From IMG/VR virus record IMGVR_UViG_3300047157_000171: a stretch of 64,000 nt of DNA. One strand, given 5' to 3'. A program made the position numbers and the translations under genes. Below the pieces are notes generated by a model that saw only the letters and a program-made list of their open reading frames with translations, made no database searches and had not been told where the DNA came from. Shown here one piece after another: positions 28,719-39,432 of the stretch (the stretch's first letter is position 1; every line of letters begins with the position of its first letter). This DNA comes from a virus.

Positions 28719-30346
28719 TACCAGAACCTACCTGAAACGTTCTTACCGAAATCTTTGTGTGCTCTACAAGCCCAATAACCAGCTTTGGTTTTGTCTTTCT
28801 TCTCGGCACATCTATGTCTAGCAGCGAATGATTTACGTGCAACTGGGTCATTCCATTTGGCTGACATATCAGGAGAACCGTAACTTATCTTTTTAACTTT
28901 ACCCGTCTTAGGGTTTTTAACATAAACATACCACTTCTTAGTACCTCCCGATTTAGGTTTATTTAAATCAACGTCTTTACCTTTATATTCTGATTCAGCA
29001 ATCATAGGGAAGTCGAAAGGTAATCTCTCACCCTCATATATGAAAAACTTACCACAGTCAGATTCTAATAATTCAATTTCTTCTTCAGACCATTCACCAA
29101 CTCCTTTATTATAAAGTTCACGAGATTCGTTAATTAGATTAAAGTATTTCGGACTACCATGTCTAAATATGTTTTCAGTAATTAAAAGGTTGTTACTTAA
29201 ATGAAACTGTAACTCATTAGAACTTTCTTTTAAGTCATTAGCAATACCTTTAAAAACGGTACTCATTACTTTTCTAAATTTTGCTAACTCTTCAGGAGTT
29301 GCGTCTTTAACATCGGTAGTTTGATTATCTGACCATACAAGACTTGAAAAATTGTCTTTATCAAAACCACTATTTACCCAATCTTCTTCGGTAAATTCGA
29401 CACCTTCATCTTTGTTGATGTATTTCATAGGGTCCACTAACTTACCATTCTTTTTCATTTCGAAATGTAGGTGAGCACCTGTAGAACGACCTCTATGTGG
29501 GTCATTTTTACCCCCACCTGACAAACCAATAACCTGACCTCTTTTGACAGGAGTACCAAGTTTTAAAAAGTTTATCTTTTTAACGTGACAATAACGAGTT
29601 GTTATTTTACCTCCATGTTGAATCTTCATTGTACCACCACAATGATTATTATGATATCCAGTGTCCTTAATCATAACACCATCTAAAGGAGATATTATGT
29701 TACTACCCGACGGCAATGCCAAATCAACTCCCCAGTGTTTTCTTGTACCACCACCTCTAAGTTCTTTAAATTTACCCGTAACCTTTGTTGATTTAACAGG
29801 ATTTAATATTGTGACTTCAGATAACTCTTTAGACGATTCTTCAAAATCTTCCTGTAACTTATTAATTGTTTCTAAATGATTAAGACTTTCAGATATTGTA
29901 TCATTTAATAATGGGATAGACGGCATATTAGATAGATGATTAGTTTTGAAATCAATCATCTTTTCTATAAACTTTTCTAATATTAAATCCTCTAAAAACC
30001 CGACACTAAAAGAAGTAATGGAACCAATACCTGAACCAGGTAACGATTCAATAACTCTTTGTACGACATCAATTAAATCCCTTTTAAATGTATCTTCATA
30101 TTCTGATAACTCTTTAATTGATTCTTCGTCAAATTCAGGTTTAGACAATATGTACTCATCAAATTTTTTGTTATTACGTTTTAGTTCAAAAATGTTTTTT
30201 GCCAATGCGGGAATCGTAACCAATAAATCAGGTCCATCAACCGTAGCGGCTAATTGTGGAATTGCATCTCCTAATGTGTCTGTAATAAAATCAAGTAAAC
30301 CTGATTCTTTGATGTATATCTTTTTTTTCATAATATTATTTTTCAC
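28718..30346 (-). CDS. Multidomain late protein with central M23 peptidase
   Basis: HWGVDLA (HxxxD), YCHV, TGAHLHFE (HxH) at ~29415-29815; C-terminal KPK...KSFAARHRC...GYWAC domain. Confidence 0.85.
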   Translation of the reverse strand: MKNNIMKKKIYIKESGLLDFITDTLGDAIPQLAATVDGPDLLVTIPALAKNIFELKRNNKKFDEYILSKPEFDEESIKELSEYEDTFKRDLIDVVQRVIESLPGSGIGSITSFSVGFLEDLILEKFIEKMIDFKTNHLSNMPSIPLLNDTISESLNHLETINKLQEDFEESSKELSEVTILNPVKSTKVTGKFKELRGGGTRKHWGVDLALPSGSNIISPLDGVMIKDTGYHNNHCGGTMKIQHGGKITTRYCHVKKINFLKLGTPVKRGQVIGLSGGGKNDPHRGRSTGAHLHFEMKKNGKLVDPMKYINKDEGVEFTEEDWVNSGFDKDNFSSLVWSDNQTTDVKDATPEELAKFRKVMSTVFKGIANDLKESSNELQFHLSNNLLITENIFRHGSPKYFNLINESRELYNKGVGEWSEEEIELLESDCGKFFIYEGERLPFDFPMIAESEYKGKDVDLNKPKSGGTKKWYVYVKNPKTGKVKKISYGSPDMSAKWNDPVARKSFAARHRCAEKKDKTKAGYWACRAHKDFGKNVSGRFW

Positions 30347-31706
30347 TAATCACGTAAAAACTAATTTCCTTTCTGTAGGTATTAACTTCTCTGTTTGTAT
30401 CTAATTGTAAATCCATATGGTATTCCTTATTTGGGATTAACATAGAAGTATCTAATAAGAAATAATTTGAATTGTATGCCCTATTTACGTCTGTGAATGG
30501 TATCACATCTATAGACGTATTACCTTCTTTAACATAAATTCTATATTTTAAGTTGTCTATTTGTACTCTATCGTCATATGTAAATGGGACTTTAACATCC
30601 ACATAAACCTTTCTAATATCTCCTCTAACGATTTTCTCGTCTCTTTTTAAACCAGTAAAAGAGTAACTATACTCCATAGGGTTTAATTCGTCGGTTCCAA
30701 TCTTAAATAGTTCCGAAGACGGTCTTAATGTGAATTCTTGATTAATCTCAGAAAGACTATACCCGTCTATTGAAACCCCTTTCCATACATCATTTAAAAT
30801 AAGTGGGGTAGGGCAAGACTGTGGGTCAACGGTGAATGATACTTTATATATTCCTTTACTAACATGTTCTGATTGTAAATCTGAAAGTAATACTTCGTCT
30901 CCGTTCATTATATCTACCGTAGGTTCAGTATCTAAATTTGTTGGTTCGTTACCTTGATTTACATATAATATTAAATTTCTAACAACTCCCGTATAGAAGT
31001 CATTTCTGTGGTCAATAAAGTGGTCATTAAATGTAGTTTCTAAGTAAGGCTCAAAGAATGTTTGAGTATACTTAGTAAAAAATGCGACACTACGATATAT
31101 CTGTAACGTATTGATTGCTTCGTAAGGAAGGTCAAAAGATATCCCTAATCCGTAATGTGTTTCAGTACCGTTTAATATGTCATTTATATAATCAGTAACA
31201 TCTAATTCTATATTTTCATTACCATTATCAAAATGTTGTGTTGAAATGATTTCACCTTCATTCACACCCTCCTGAGTCCAATCATTAAGATTAGTCGCAC
31301 TAAACCAATTAGATGAAGTGTCAGAGTGAGTACTTTGTAATGGAAATTGGTTAGAAGTGTTAATATAATCATAACCAACACCCTCATCCCATTCTTGATT
31401 TACTTTAAACACTATTAAATCGAAAGATGTTGCCCTTTTAGAATTAAGACTCGTAATTTCATTAAAATACGAATTTTCTGTAGGGTTAATAGTGTTAGTT
31501 AGTTTTAATATGTGTTTTTCAATTGAATTTGTATTGATATACCCATCAGTAATTTTGTGGATTAATTCTGACAAATCAATTTGTAATAGGAATCTAGTGT
31601 GAAACCCACCATAAAATAATTCACTAACAGGGTTCTTTGCCGTATTAGTATACGAATCACTTATGATTGTGTTGTTCTTACTGAAATAAGATTTAAATAT
31701 AGACAT
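30336..31706 (-). CDS. Probable virion/baseplate structural protein
   Basis: 456 aa beta-rich, late motif at 31722, adjacent to the gp5-like gene. Confidence 0.6.
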   Translation of the reverse strand: MSIFKSYFSKNNTIISDSYTNTAKNPVSELFYGGFHTRFLLQIDLSELIHKITDGYINTNSIEKHILKLTNTINPTENSYFNEITSLNSKRATSFDLIVFKVNQEWDEGVGYDYINTSNQFPLQSTHSDTSSNWFSATNLNDWTQEGVNEGEIISTQHFDNGNENIELDVTDYINDILNGTETHYGLGISFDLPYEAINTLQIYRSVAFFTKYTQTFFEPYLETTFNDHFIDHRNDFYTGVVRNLILYVNQGNEPTNLDTEPTVDIMNGDEVLLSDLQSEHVSKGIYKVSFTVDPQSCPTPLILNDVWKGVSIDGYSLSEINQEFTLRPSSELFKIGTDELNPMEYSYSFTGLKRDEKIVRGDIRKVYVDVKVPFTYDDRVQIDNLKYRIYVKEGNTSIDVIPFTDVNRAYNSNYFLLDTSMLIPNKEYHMDLQLDTNREVNTYRKEISFYVISEK

Positions 31707-31737
31707 TACAAATGTTTTATTTATAAATATCCAGTAA

Positions 31738-33249
31738 TTAGTTAATTCTAATTTTATTAGAAAGGATATTCTGTTTAAAGTTCTGAAATTTTTCCTCTAT
31801 GTCTAATTTTATATTTGGAAAAACAACGGGCGGTTCAGCAGGGTTATGTACGTGAGTTGTTAAGTAGAGATAAATTATATCTAAAAGTTCGTGTAATTGT
31901 TCACCCCTCACTAACGCATATGTTTCAGGTTCTATATTATTAATTATTTCATCCTGACTAATTTCGTAGTTAGACACTTTAGAGAAGTTAATCCCTTTTT
32001 TAGATGTAGGAATATTATTACCGTAAGCGAGTATGTAATTCTTATCTGATAATACCACAACGTTTTTACTGGGTTTATCAGTGTTTTTAACGATAGTCTC
32101 TTTTATTTTTATCTCCTTCTCAGGTGTGTTATCTTCTTCATTACTAAATAAAAGACCAAACCCTTTTCTGGTTTTAATATGTATATTTTTTAATATCTCA
32201 TTATTAAAAGCATCGTTGGTTTTCTCAACGTCGTATTGTGTTGGAACATTCCTGAAATATAACGGAAATATTGATGTCATTTTTTGTGGGTCAACATTTG
32301 ATGGGTGTTTGATGTAGTTCTCTAAAGAACTTAACCCTGTTAATCCACGATTTATTATCTGTTTAATTTCATGTCTGAGATTAAAGGATAAATCTTCTAA
32401 ATCATCACCATTAACGATAGTAGAAAATAACAATTCTTTTTTATCGTTTTCAATTTCAGTTGTTTGATTAAAGTATAACGTTTCTGTTATTTCTTTTTGT
32501 TTCGCTAATTTATACACATAAAGAGTCGAAGTACAATTTCCATCACAATTAAGGTCATCAATAAGGTATTCAATTAATACTTCAGTATGTACAAATTGAT
32601 TCACTTTAGAGGTGATTTCTTTACCTTCACTTATTGTTGTTGTCGTATCAAATTTAGATACCTGAATCATCGCAGGATTAGAGTCTCTAATAGGTTCTCT
32701 TTTTGAGACAACCTCATCGTCTTTAATTTTTCCAGCCCTAATCACTATTGCTTTTTGAGTCCAAAGAATATCTGAGTTTAATCTACTCGATATTGCAAAA
32801 TCTTCAGTTTTAGGAATTGCTCCGTCATAAGTTTTTTTAACAAACTCTCCTGTTGATTTATAAATGTCTTTTGCTTTCTTATACTTTAACCCCTCTTTTG
32901 ATTGTGACATCATATGCTCCGCACTTGAAGGGTTTGGATATCCTTGGTCGACTATAGACATTGGTATATAGAAACCATCTATAAATTTAGAGTCGGTATC
33001 GGTATATAATATATTAACGGATTCACCCACCTTAGGAACCATATTGATATGGTTAGGTAATAATGGTACAAACATAAACGGGTCAGATACTGCGTTCCAC
33101 CTGTCTTTTTGTTCTGAATACTTTCCTGAATACTCTGTAACATAAACCTCATCAGAAACAATCCACTCAACAGGGTCGATTCTAATTCTACCTAACGATT
33201 TCGGGTCTTTATTGTCTTTTACAACCCCCTTAAAAATGAGTTTAGACAT
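31738..33249 (-). CDS. Baseplate hub/spike protein (gp5/gpV-like N-terminal OB fold)
   Basis: GVVKDNKDPKSLGRIRI...PLLP...PKVGESV; C-terminal LVRGEQL...THVH (HxH); no lysozyme motif seen. Confidence 0.7.
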   Translation of the reverse strand: MSKLIFKGVVKDNKDPKSLGRIRIDPVEWIVSDEVYVTEYSGKYSEQKDRWNAVSDPFMFVPLLPNHINMVPKVGESVNILYTDTDSKFIDGFYIPMSIVDQGYPNPSSAEHMMSQSKEGLKYKKAKDIYKSTGEFVKKTYDGAIPKTEDFAISSRLNSDILWTQKAIVIRAGKIKDDEVVSKREPIRDSNPAMIQVSKFDTTTTISEGKEITSKVNQFVHTEVLIEYLIDDLNCDGNCTSTLYVYKLAKQKEITETLYFNQTTEIENDKKELLFSTIVNGDDLEDLSFNLRHEIKQIINRGLTGLSSLENYIKHPSNVDPQKMTSIFPLYFRNVPTQYDVEKTNDAFNNEILKNIHIKTRKGFGLLFSNEEDNTPEKEIKIKETIVKNTDKPSKNVVVLSDKNYILAYGNNIPTSKKGINFSKVSNYEISQDEIINNIEPETYALVRGEQLHELLDIIYLYLTTHVHNPAEPPVVFPNIKLDIEEKFQNFKQNILSNKIRIN

Positions 33250-33451
33250 CTGTTATACCTTTTCTTTTTTTAACTTCTTCGGAGATTTGATAATAACTGT
33301 TTTCCACATTATCTAAATGGTGTGATAATTGAATCATTAATGTCTTAGTGTCTTCAAATTCCTTTGATAAAATAGTTGCCGCTTCGATTAAATCTTTATT
33401 AGACCTTTTCGATGCGTTTTCTGCTATTTCTAAAATTATCTTTATATCCAT
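33242..33451 (-). CDS. Small coiled-coil hypothetical protein
   Basis: 69 aa, coupled to neighbours. Confidence 0.65.
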   Translation of the reverse strand: MDIKIILEIAENASKRSNKDLIEAATILSKEFEDTKTLMIQLSHHLDNVENSYYQISEEVKKRKGITDV

Positions 33452-35299
33452 TTAATATGATGTTAGTGGTACTGACTTACCCGTTACAAATGGTGTTACT
33501 ACAGGACCTAATGGATGAGCTCCAGTTGCCGGTAATGACACAAATTGATTAACCCCATTCTCACCTAGTTCTTTCATTGCTCCTTTCATAATAGAATCTA
33601 CTAATAGTATATGTTTATTTGGTGAACCGTCCGGTAAACTACCAAGACTCACACCTTGTTTTTCCATGAATTGAATCGCATTGTTGTAAGCTCTTGTTGA
33701 GTTTGCCCCTTCCCTTGCGTATGCACCATAAAGAAGTGGAAACGGTACCCCTAAAGGTATACCTGATTTAAGGTTAAGTAAAGATAATAGTCCTTGAATG
33801 ATACCTATACACGTACTAAAGTCTGTTGTGGTTATAAATTTGTGTAACATAGATAATAGGGCTAGTATAATAGCATATCTACCTCTTAATTGTTGTTTAG
33901 CAATTTCTTTAAGAACCATAGAAACTATTTGAGTTAACTCTTTTTTAATTTCATCCATCAGTTCTTTTTTATACATATCAAACACCCTTTTACCAACTCG
34001 AGTCATAAAACGTTTGTTATTTTCAGCAAATTCCTTTACGTCCTTCGACTTACCTTTAGCCTCATCAATCGCTTTAGTTAATATTATAAATGGAAGAACC
34101 GTTTTTGGTCCCAGCACTTTACCCATTATTGTTGTTGGTAATTGTTTGAATATGTCTAAATTAAGGTTAAGATTTATTGTAGGAACATCAAATCCTGATT
34201 GTTCTACAAATCCACTACCGATATTTTGTAATAACCCTTCTAATACCTCAGACTCAGAAATATTATCTGAATCTAAATCGAGTAAAGAATCGATTAATAA
34301 ATCAGTATTCATCTCACCCTCAAAATTCCCACAATTAACTAATTTATATATTTTATTAATTTTATAATTAAACTCCTCTTCAATTTGTCTTGTATCTTCA
34401 TCGTCAAACGCATAAGACAAATCTTCGTCTTGTGTTGACAAACCATCAATTAAACTTTCTTGTATTAACGCATCCTGTTCGTAAAAGTCACTACACAAAC
34501 TAGCCAAAATTTGCATCATCTTGTTTAATTCTGCGAATGACTTTACCCTTTTGGTTGAGACATCAATTGAAGCCACACCAAATAGTTGGTCCATTAAGTC
34601 AGACATTAAGTCTTTTGTGTTGAATAGTTCAAAAGATGAGTAATAGTGAGAGACAAAATCGGTTACGTTAATGTCCTTAAATTTTAAATTATATTCTTGA
34701 GTGAAGTCGTCAAAACTAAGGTCAAACATTTCTTTACCGTTTGCCGAGGTAAATGTTTTAGGGGAATTTAGGTCATTACTTATCGTAACGTCGTATAACA
34801 TTTTATTAAGTGGTAAAGGATACAATTCGTTATCTATATCACCTTTTTCGTACATTACTCTACCTGGCATTCCTTCAGGAGAAACTTTTAATAAATCAAA
34901 GAAGTCTATTTCTTCAGGAGATAGGTTTATCTCAATACCCGTCAATGAAAAATCAGTTTCACAATTAATCGCCCTAAACAATTCTTCGATAACTATCTTA
35001 GTTATTTTTGGTGAATCGGTAGAAACTTTCTTAATAATTTTTTTAACGAATGTTTTTACTTTATCAGGGCCACCACCGGAACTTTGAAGTAACGTATTAA
35101 CTAATTTTCCGATAAAATCAGTATTAACTGATTTACCACTACCGTCACCTAATAATTTTTTCTTTAACTTATTTGTGTCTAAATAAGCGGAACCAACAGA
35201 CTGAAGGTCAATTTTCTTCATGTCCGACATTGACTGTAGTACCAACTTTATTGAGTCAATACCTTTATCTAATTTGTTTTGTTCCGTCTTTAATCCCAT
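33452..35299 (-). CDS. Large hypothetical late protein, possibly baseplate-associated
   Basis: 615 aa in an operon with the spike gene. Confidence 0.65.
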   Translation of the reverse strand: MGLKTEQNKLDKGIDSIKLVLQSMSDMKKIDLQSVGSAYLDTNKLKKKLLGDGSGKSVNTDFIGKLVNTLLQSSGGGPDKVKTFVKKIIKKVSTDSPKITKIVIEELFRAINCETDFSLTGIEINLSPEEIDFFDLLKVSPEGMPGRVMYEKGDIDNELYPLPLNKMLYDVTISNDLNSPKTFTSANGKEMFDLSFDDFTQEYNLKFKDINVTDFVSHYYSSFELFNTKDLMSDLMDQLFGVASIDVSTKRVKSFAELNKMMQILASLCSDFYEQDALIQESLIDGLSTQDEDLSYAFDDEDTRQIEEEFNYKINKIYKLVNCGNFEGEMNTDLLIDSLLDLDSDNISESEVLEGLLQNIGSGFVEQSGFDVPTINLNLNLDIFKQLPTTIMGKVLGPKTVLPFIILTKAIDEAKGKSKDVKEFAENNKRFMTRVGKRVFDMYKKELMDEIKKELTQIVSMVLKEIAKQQLRGRYAIILALLSMLHKFITTTDFSTCIGIIQGLLSLLNLKSGIPLGVPFPLLYGAYAREGANSTRAYNNAIQFMEKQGVSLGSLPDGSPNKHILLVDSIMKGAMKELGENGVNQFVSLPATGAHPLGPVVTPFVTGKSVPLTSY

Positions 35300-35673
35300 T
35301 ACATATTAAAATTATCGTCAGATGGTGTATCATTACCTAAACCATTAACCAAATCCTTTAACATTTCTTTATCGTCATCACTCAAAGAACCACCAATGTC
35401 TTCTCGACCTTCTGATGATTTTTGTATAATGACCTGTTGTAGTTTAGCTAATGATAGTTTTTTTTCTAAAACACTATCTAATATTTTTTGTTGTTCTTTA
35501 ATGATAGGACCCAATAAGGTTAAGTCTTCAGGACCTTTCATAAATCCTAACATTTTATTTTGTATCCTAACTGCGGTATTTCTCTGCTCTACAGTTTCGT
35601 TATATATCTCCTGTAGAAGTGCCATTAAACTTTTTTGTGAAAAATTAATTTCTTTTTTAGTTGTTCTTCCCAT
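35299..35673 (-). CDS. Helical hypothetical protein
   Basis: 124 aa, late motif at 35678-35685. Confidence 0.7.
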   Translation of the reverse strand: MGRTTKKEINFSQKSLMALLQEIYNETVEQRNTAVRIQNKMLGFMKGPEDLTLLGPIIKEQQKILDSVLEKKLSLAKLQQVIIQKSSEGREDIGGSLSDDDKEMLKDLVNGLGNDTPSDDNFNM

Positions 35674-35687
35674 ACTAAATAAATAGT

Positions 35688-36389
35688 TTATTCCTGAATT
35701 ACCTGTAACATCATCTCAGAGTATATTTTTTTATACTTTTTCATTGACGTTCTAATTTCTTTTGTGGTCATAGATGTCATGTCTCTTAATGACAATAATA
35801 TAAGGTTCTTATTGAATTTATTTCCTTCCCCTCCTTGAAATATAACTTCGTAGTTAGTGAACACTTCTATTAACGCATATCCTAACTTTTCTTCATTTTT
35901 ATTAAGGTTAGTGATTTCCATAAAATCTTCTAATTCCTTAACTAAACGTTTAACAACGTCTTCATAATCTAAAGAGTCGTTATGTAAGAAGTATGTCATA
36001 TCAGGTCTGCTCTCAACTGAGGACGATATGTCTTCATAAGATATCTTTCTATTTAATTCTTTTTGGTCCTTTAATATCGCACCCATTAAATAGTTTTTAC
36101 AAATCGTACCAAAATACGAATAAGCCTTAGACCCTTTAGAGGGGTCAAACTTATCCGCTTTAGTGATTAAAAATGATGATACGTCAGTATGTAAAGATTC
36201 GTAATCGAAGTCTCTACGATATAATTTATATCTACGAATTATGCTTTCGACCATTTTACTTAATGGTTTTCTAAGACTCTGATTGTAAATCAGATTTCTT
36301 TCCTCATAGGTTTCTGCTTCTAAATATTTTACTACCGCAGCTTCCTCCTCAGGACCAAAGTATTGTTTGTTTTTTCTAGGTCTAGGCAT
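35688..36389 (-). CDS. Sigma70-family-like phage sigma factor (likely start ATG 36389)
   Basis: Region-2-like KADKFDPSKGSKAYSYFGTICKNYL; short, lacks region 1. Confidence 0.7.
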   Translation of the reverse strand: MPRPRKNKQYFGPEEEAAVVKYLEAETYEERNLIYNQSLRKPLSKMVESIIRRYKLYRRDFDYESLHTDVSSFLITKADKFDPSKGSKAYSYFGTICKNYLMGAILKDQKELNRKISYEDISSSVESRPDMTYFLHNDSLDYEDVVKRLVKELEDFMEITNLNKNEEKLGYALIEVFTNYEVIFQGGEGNKFNKNLILLSLRDMTSMTTKEIRTSMKKYKKIYSEMMLQVIQE

Positions 36390-36397
36390 AATAAGTT

Positions 36398-37174
36398 TTA
36401 GTCTTGGTATGTTATCGCTCGGTCTTCTGTGAAAAATTGCTCTTTCTTTGCCGTCTCTAACCAAAACATTGCCTCGTCAGAACTTAACTTATTTTCTCCT
36501 TCTTTGTAATCCCAAAATAGAGAACCTTTTCTAAAGTTAGTGTGTCTATACGTTAACTTAGGTATAACGAATACTTCATTAGACATATGCGTTAAACGAA
36601 GTAAAAATTCGTAACCAAAAGATAATTTAACATTACTCTTAAGACCACCAACTTCGTTATAGACAGACGTTTTAATAATCATACCACTGGTTTGATAGTT
36701 CTCGTAAGACGATAACGATTCGTTATCTAAGTATCCTATAGTTTCTGTTAGGTTCATCGCCCAAACAGATTCATTTGTAAATGACAAGAACTCACCCTGT
36801 GAATTAGTGTCTATGACGATAGGTAGAAAGGTTGATACATCAGGATACGCGTTAATGTGTTGTATAGCGTTTTGTATGTATGTTGGAGTAATCTCATCAT
36901 CCACCTCAGTAATTGCGATGTATTCTGATTTAGTGTTTTGTGCTCCAAAATTAATCTGTGAACAAAAATCAGTTTCTCCAGTGTTCTCTAATAAGGACAC
37001 ATAAGATTCTAAGCTATATTCATTCAAATATTTGGTTAACTCTTTTGTTGGTTTATAAACAATAGTTAATGTAAAATCCTTAACTGTTTGTTTAGATACC
37101 GATTCCATAAAGGTCTCAAATCTCGACCTGAGCTCTTTATTGATTGTATGTATAGGTAAAATTAAATTAATCAT
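36398..37174 (-). CDS. Glycosyltransferase, GT2-like
   Basis: INLILPIH, DFCSQINFG, IAITEVDD (variant DxD), YEFLLRL. Confidence 0.75.
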   Translation of the reverse strand: MINLILPIHTINKELRSRFETFMESVSKQTVKDFTLTIVYKPTKELTKYLNEYSLESYVSLLENTGETDFCSQINFGAQNTKSEYIAITEVDDEITPTYIQNAIQHINAYPDVSTFLPIVIDTNSQGEFLSFTNESVWAMNLTETIGYLDNESLSSYENYQTSGMIIKTSVYNEVGGLKSNVKLSFGYEFLLRLTHMSNEVFVIPKLTYRHTNFRKGSLFWDYKEGENKLSSDEAMFWLETAKKEQFFTEDRAITYQD

Positions 37175-38225
37175 TTTCTTCTAATTCTTTAAATTTATCG
37201 ACTGTGAACTCTAATTGTTCTTTTCTCTTTTTTGTTATGTTTGTAAAAACACTTAACGTTTCTTTTGTGAATGTTTCATAAGTTAATTTACTTACCGTTG
37301 AATCCATCTCATCGTATAAGTCTGATGGTATTCTATCTTCTAACCATCCCTTAAATACAGACGCAACTAAATCCACAATTTGATTTGAATCTATAGTCCA
37401 AATACCATTATCCTCTGTCATCCAATCAGGTTTAAGTGTTGGTATTTTACCAATAACAGGTACTCCTGATTTCATAGACTCTAATGGGAATGTTCCATAA
37501 CCTGAAACGTCATCAACCCAAACAGATAAACACGACTCTCTTAATGTTGTCGCGAATTCTTCTTGAGTTAATCCTCTCATATCTCTAAATGTTACCCATT
37601 TAAATTGTGGGTACTTCACATAGAAAGATTTGATTAATTTCATAGTATCTCTTTGGTCACGTGTGTGTATAGAAATAATTGGTTTTTGTGGTTTATCTGA
37701 CTTTGTAAACAATTCAGAAATAAACGGTGTAATAACATCGATATTCAGTTTCTTAAATAAGTCATTAAGATATTGTTTTTGGTCTAAACTTGTAGTTATA
37801 ACCTTATTAAACCCAAAGGAGTTCCAAGTAGCACCTGGTTTTAATGTTTCAAATAAATAATCGTATGACTGACATAGAACTACTTTATTACATGGCATAT
37901 CCGCAATTTGTTCCATTACGTGAGCAAATAACTCAGGTATGATAACTAAGTCATCAGGTCTAACTTGAAGACTACCCTCTTCTATTGAAACAACAGGTGT
38001 TTCATCATACTCTAATGGTAACCAAGAAGAAACCCCTTCATAGTCTTTATTTTCAACTAAGATATGAGCGTTGAACTCATTCTCATTTAATACTCTTACT
38101 AAATCGTAAGAATGTTTGATTGATGCTTTAGCATTACCTTTAGCATCTTGTACGAACACATAAACGTTCGACTCTAATTTGTCGAGACGTTCGATAGCCT
38201 CGTTAATTACTTTTACTTTATCCAT
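37167..38225 (-). CDS. Glycosyltransferase, GT-B (GT4-like)
   Basis: DDLVIIPE, ESCLSVWVDDVSGYGTFPLESMKSGVPVIG. Confidence 0.75.
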   Translation of the reverse strand: MDKVKVINEAIERLDKLESNVYVFVQDAKGNAKASIKHSYDLVRVLNENEFNAHILVENKDYEGVSSWLPLEYDETPVVSIEEGSLQVRPDDLVIIPELFAHVMEQIADMPCNKVVLCQSYDYLFETLKPGATWNSFGFNKVITTSLDQKQYLNDLFKKLNIDVITPFISELFTKSDKPQKPIISIHTRDQRDTMKLIKSFYVKYPQFKWVTFRDMRGLTQEEFATTLRESCLSVWVDDVSGYGTFPLESMKSGVPVIGKIPTLKPDWMTEDNGIWTIDSNQIVDLVASVFKGWLEDRIPSDLYDEMDSTVSKLTYETFTKETLSVFTNITKKRKEQLEFTVDKFKELEEND

Positions 38226-38263
38226 GCTCTTTATTTAATGGTTTAATAATTTATTTGTAAATC

Positions 38264-38434
38264 TTATCCTTGTTCCTCTACAGAAGATTTACGATAATCA
38301 GTTACTAATTTCTTAATCTCACCGATTGATTTACGTGCTCTTGTTTGAGACGCTTTAGTAGTTCCATTGTGGTTTTCTACGAAGTCATTGTAGTGACTTT
38401 CTATTGCTTCGAAAATTTCTTGTTTTTTTGACAT
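38264..38434 (-). CDS. Histone H1-like Hc1-family protein, Bacteroidota type (56 aa, not in ORF track)
   Basis: MSKKQEIFEAIESHYNDFVENHNGTTKASQTRARKSIGEIKKLVTDYRKSSVEEQG*; resembles the KAAGTRARK...EFRKAS pattern. Confidence 0.7.
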   Translation of the reverse strand: MSKKQEIFEAIESHYNDFVENHNGTTKASQTRARKSIGEIKKLVTDYRKSSVEEQG

Positions 38435-38446
38435 TTTTTTTTGTTT

Positions 38447-38806
38447 TTAATTTAATGGTTTAATTATACCATAGTTTAGTAATGTATTGAAACTTAATTT
38501 AAATGAGAACGGCATTTTTTTAAATCCATATGATATTCCCATTGCGGAGTCAATATCTTCCCCACCTTTTTCGTCCATAACAACTTCTAAAACATATTTT
38601 AAAAGTTCATATTTGGAGACGTTTAATCCCCCATCTTCCATTTCTTCTATTTCACTTTCGACACCTTTATCATCTTCTACCACTTTAACCACTTTTCTTG
38701 GTGGCATTTTAACGGCTTCGTGATAAGCATCTAAATCTAAAATATACGATAACCCCTCAACATCTAAGGTATATGGGATTAAATATGATTTGTCTTCGTT
38801 CGGCAT
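38447..38806 (-). CDS. Hypothetical protein
   Basis: 119 aa, coupled. Confidence 0.7.
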   Translation of the reverse strand: MPNEDKSYLIPYTLDVEGLSYILDLDAYHEAVKMPPRKVVKVVEDDKGVESEIEEMEDGGLNVSKYELLKYVLEVVMDEKGGEDIDSAMGISYGFKKMPFSFKLSFNTLLNYGIIKPLN

Positions 38807-39390
38807 TATAACTCTATTTCTTTTACATTCGTTAATGTTTCTACTGAATGGTTAGATTCATAATCTTTATTATATTCAGTTTCAACCTTTATTGATATTT
38901 TATCGTTTGGTTTTTGTTCTAAAACCTCACAGTCTGTTGTAATCCATATGTCACAATTTTCCCACATTGAATCAATAGTGTCTTTTTTATAAAACTTATA
39001 GTTATCGACATAACTACTATTTTTAGACATAAAGAATAGAGACGCCGCTTTACCCTTACCTAATTCATCAGAGACTATTGTGATTTCCCAATCTTTCTTT
39101 TCTTTCAAAAGGTCTGTTAGGTCTTTAAAAGCCCCCATATATGTTGGGGCAGAATGACCAAATATTTCCATAGCAAACTCAATAAAGAAGAAATACTTTA
39201 ATTCATCTTCATCTTGAAATTTAAAATGGTTTGAGATGTCATTTGTATTAACAGGTAAAACCATATCATACTCAAAACTCTCCTCGTCTTCAGAATCTGA
39301 TTCGATATAATACTTACGATATTCAGACGCTGCTTTTGCGAATGTGTCTCGTAATACACCTGTAATGTTAATATACACTTGTTTCATCAT
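38806..39390 (-). CDS. HAD-fold 5'(3')-nucleotidase-like protein with degenerate motif I
   Basis: VYINITGVLRD in place of DxDGV; FAMEIFGH; CDIWIT; YNKDY. Confidence 0.6.
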   Translation of the reverse strand: MMKQVYINITGVLRDTFAKAASEYRKYYIESDSEDEESFEYDMVLPVNTNDISNHFKFQDEDELKYFFFIEFAMEIFGHSAPTYMGAFKDLTDLLKEKKDWEITIVSDELGKGKAASLFFMSKNSSYVDNYKFYKKDTIDSMWENCDIWITTDCEVLEQKPNDKISIKVETEYNKDYESNHSVETLTNVKEIEL

Positions 39391-39432
39391 TAAAATATAG
39401 ATTTAATATACTTAAAGTAAAGTTTGTTATAT

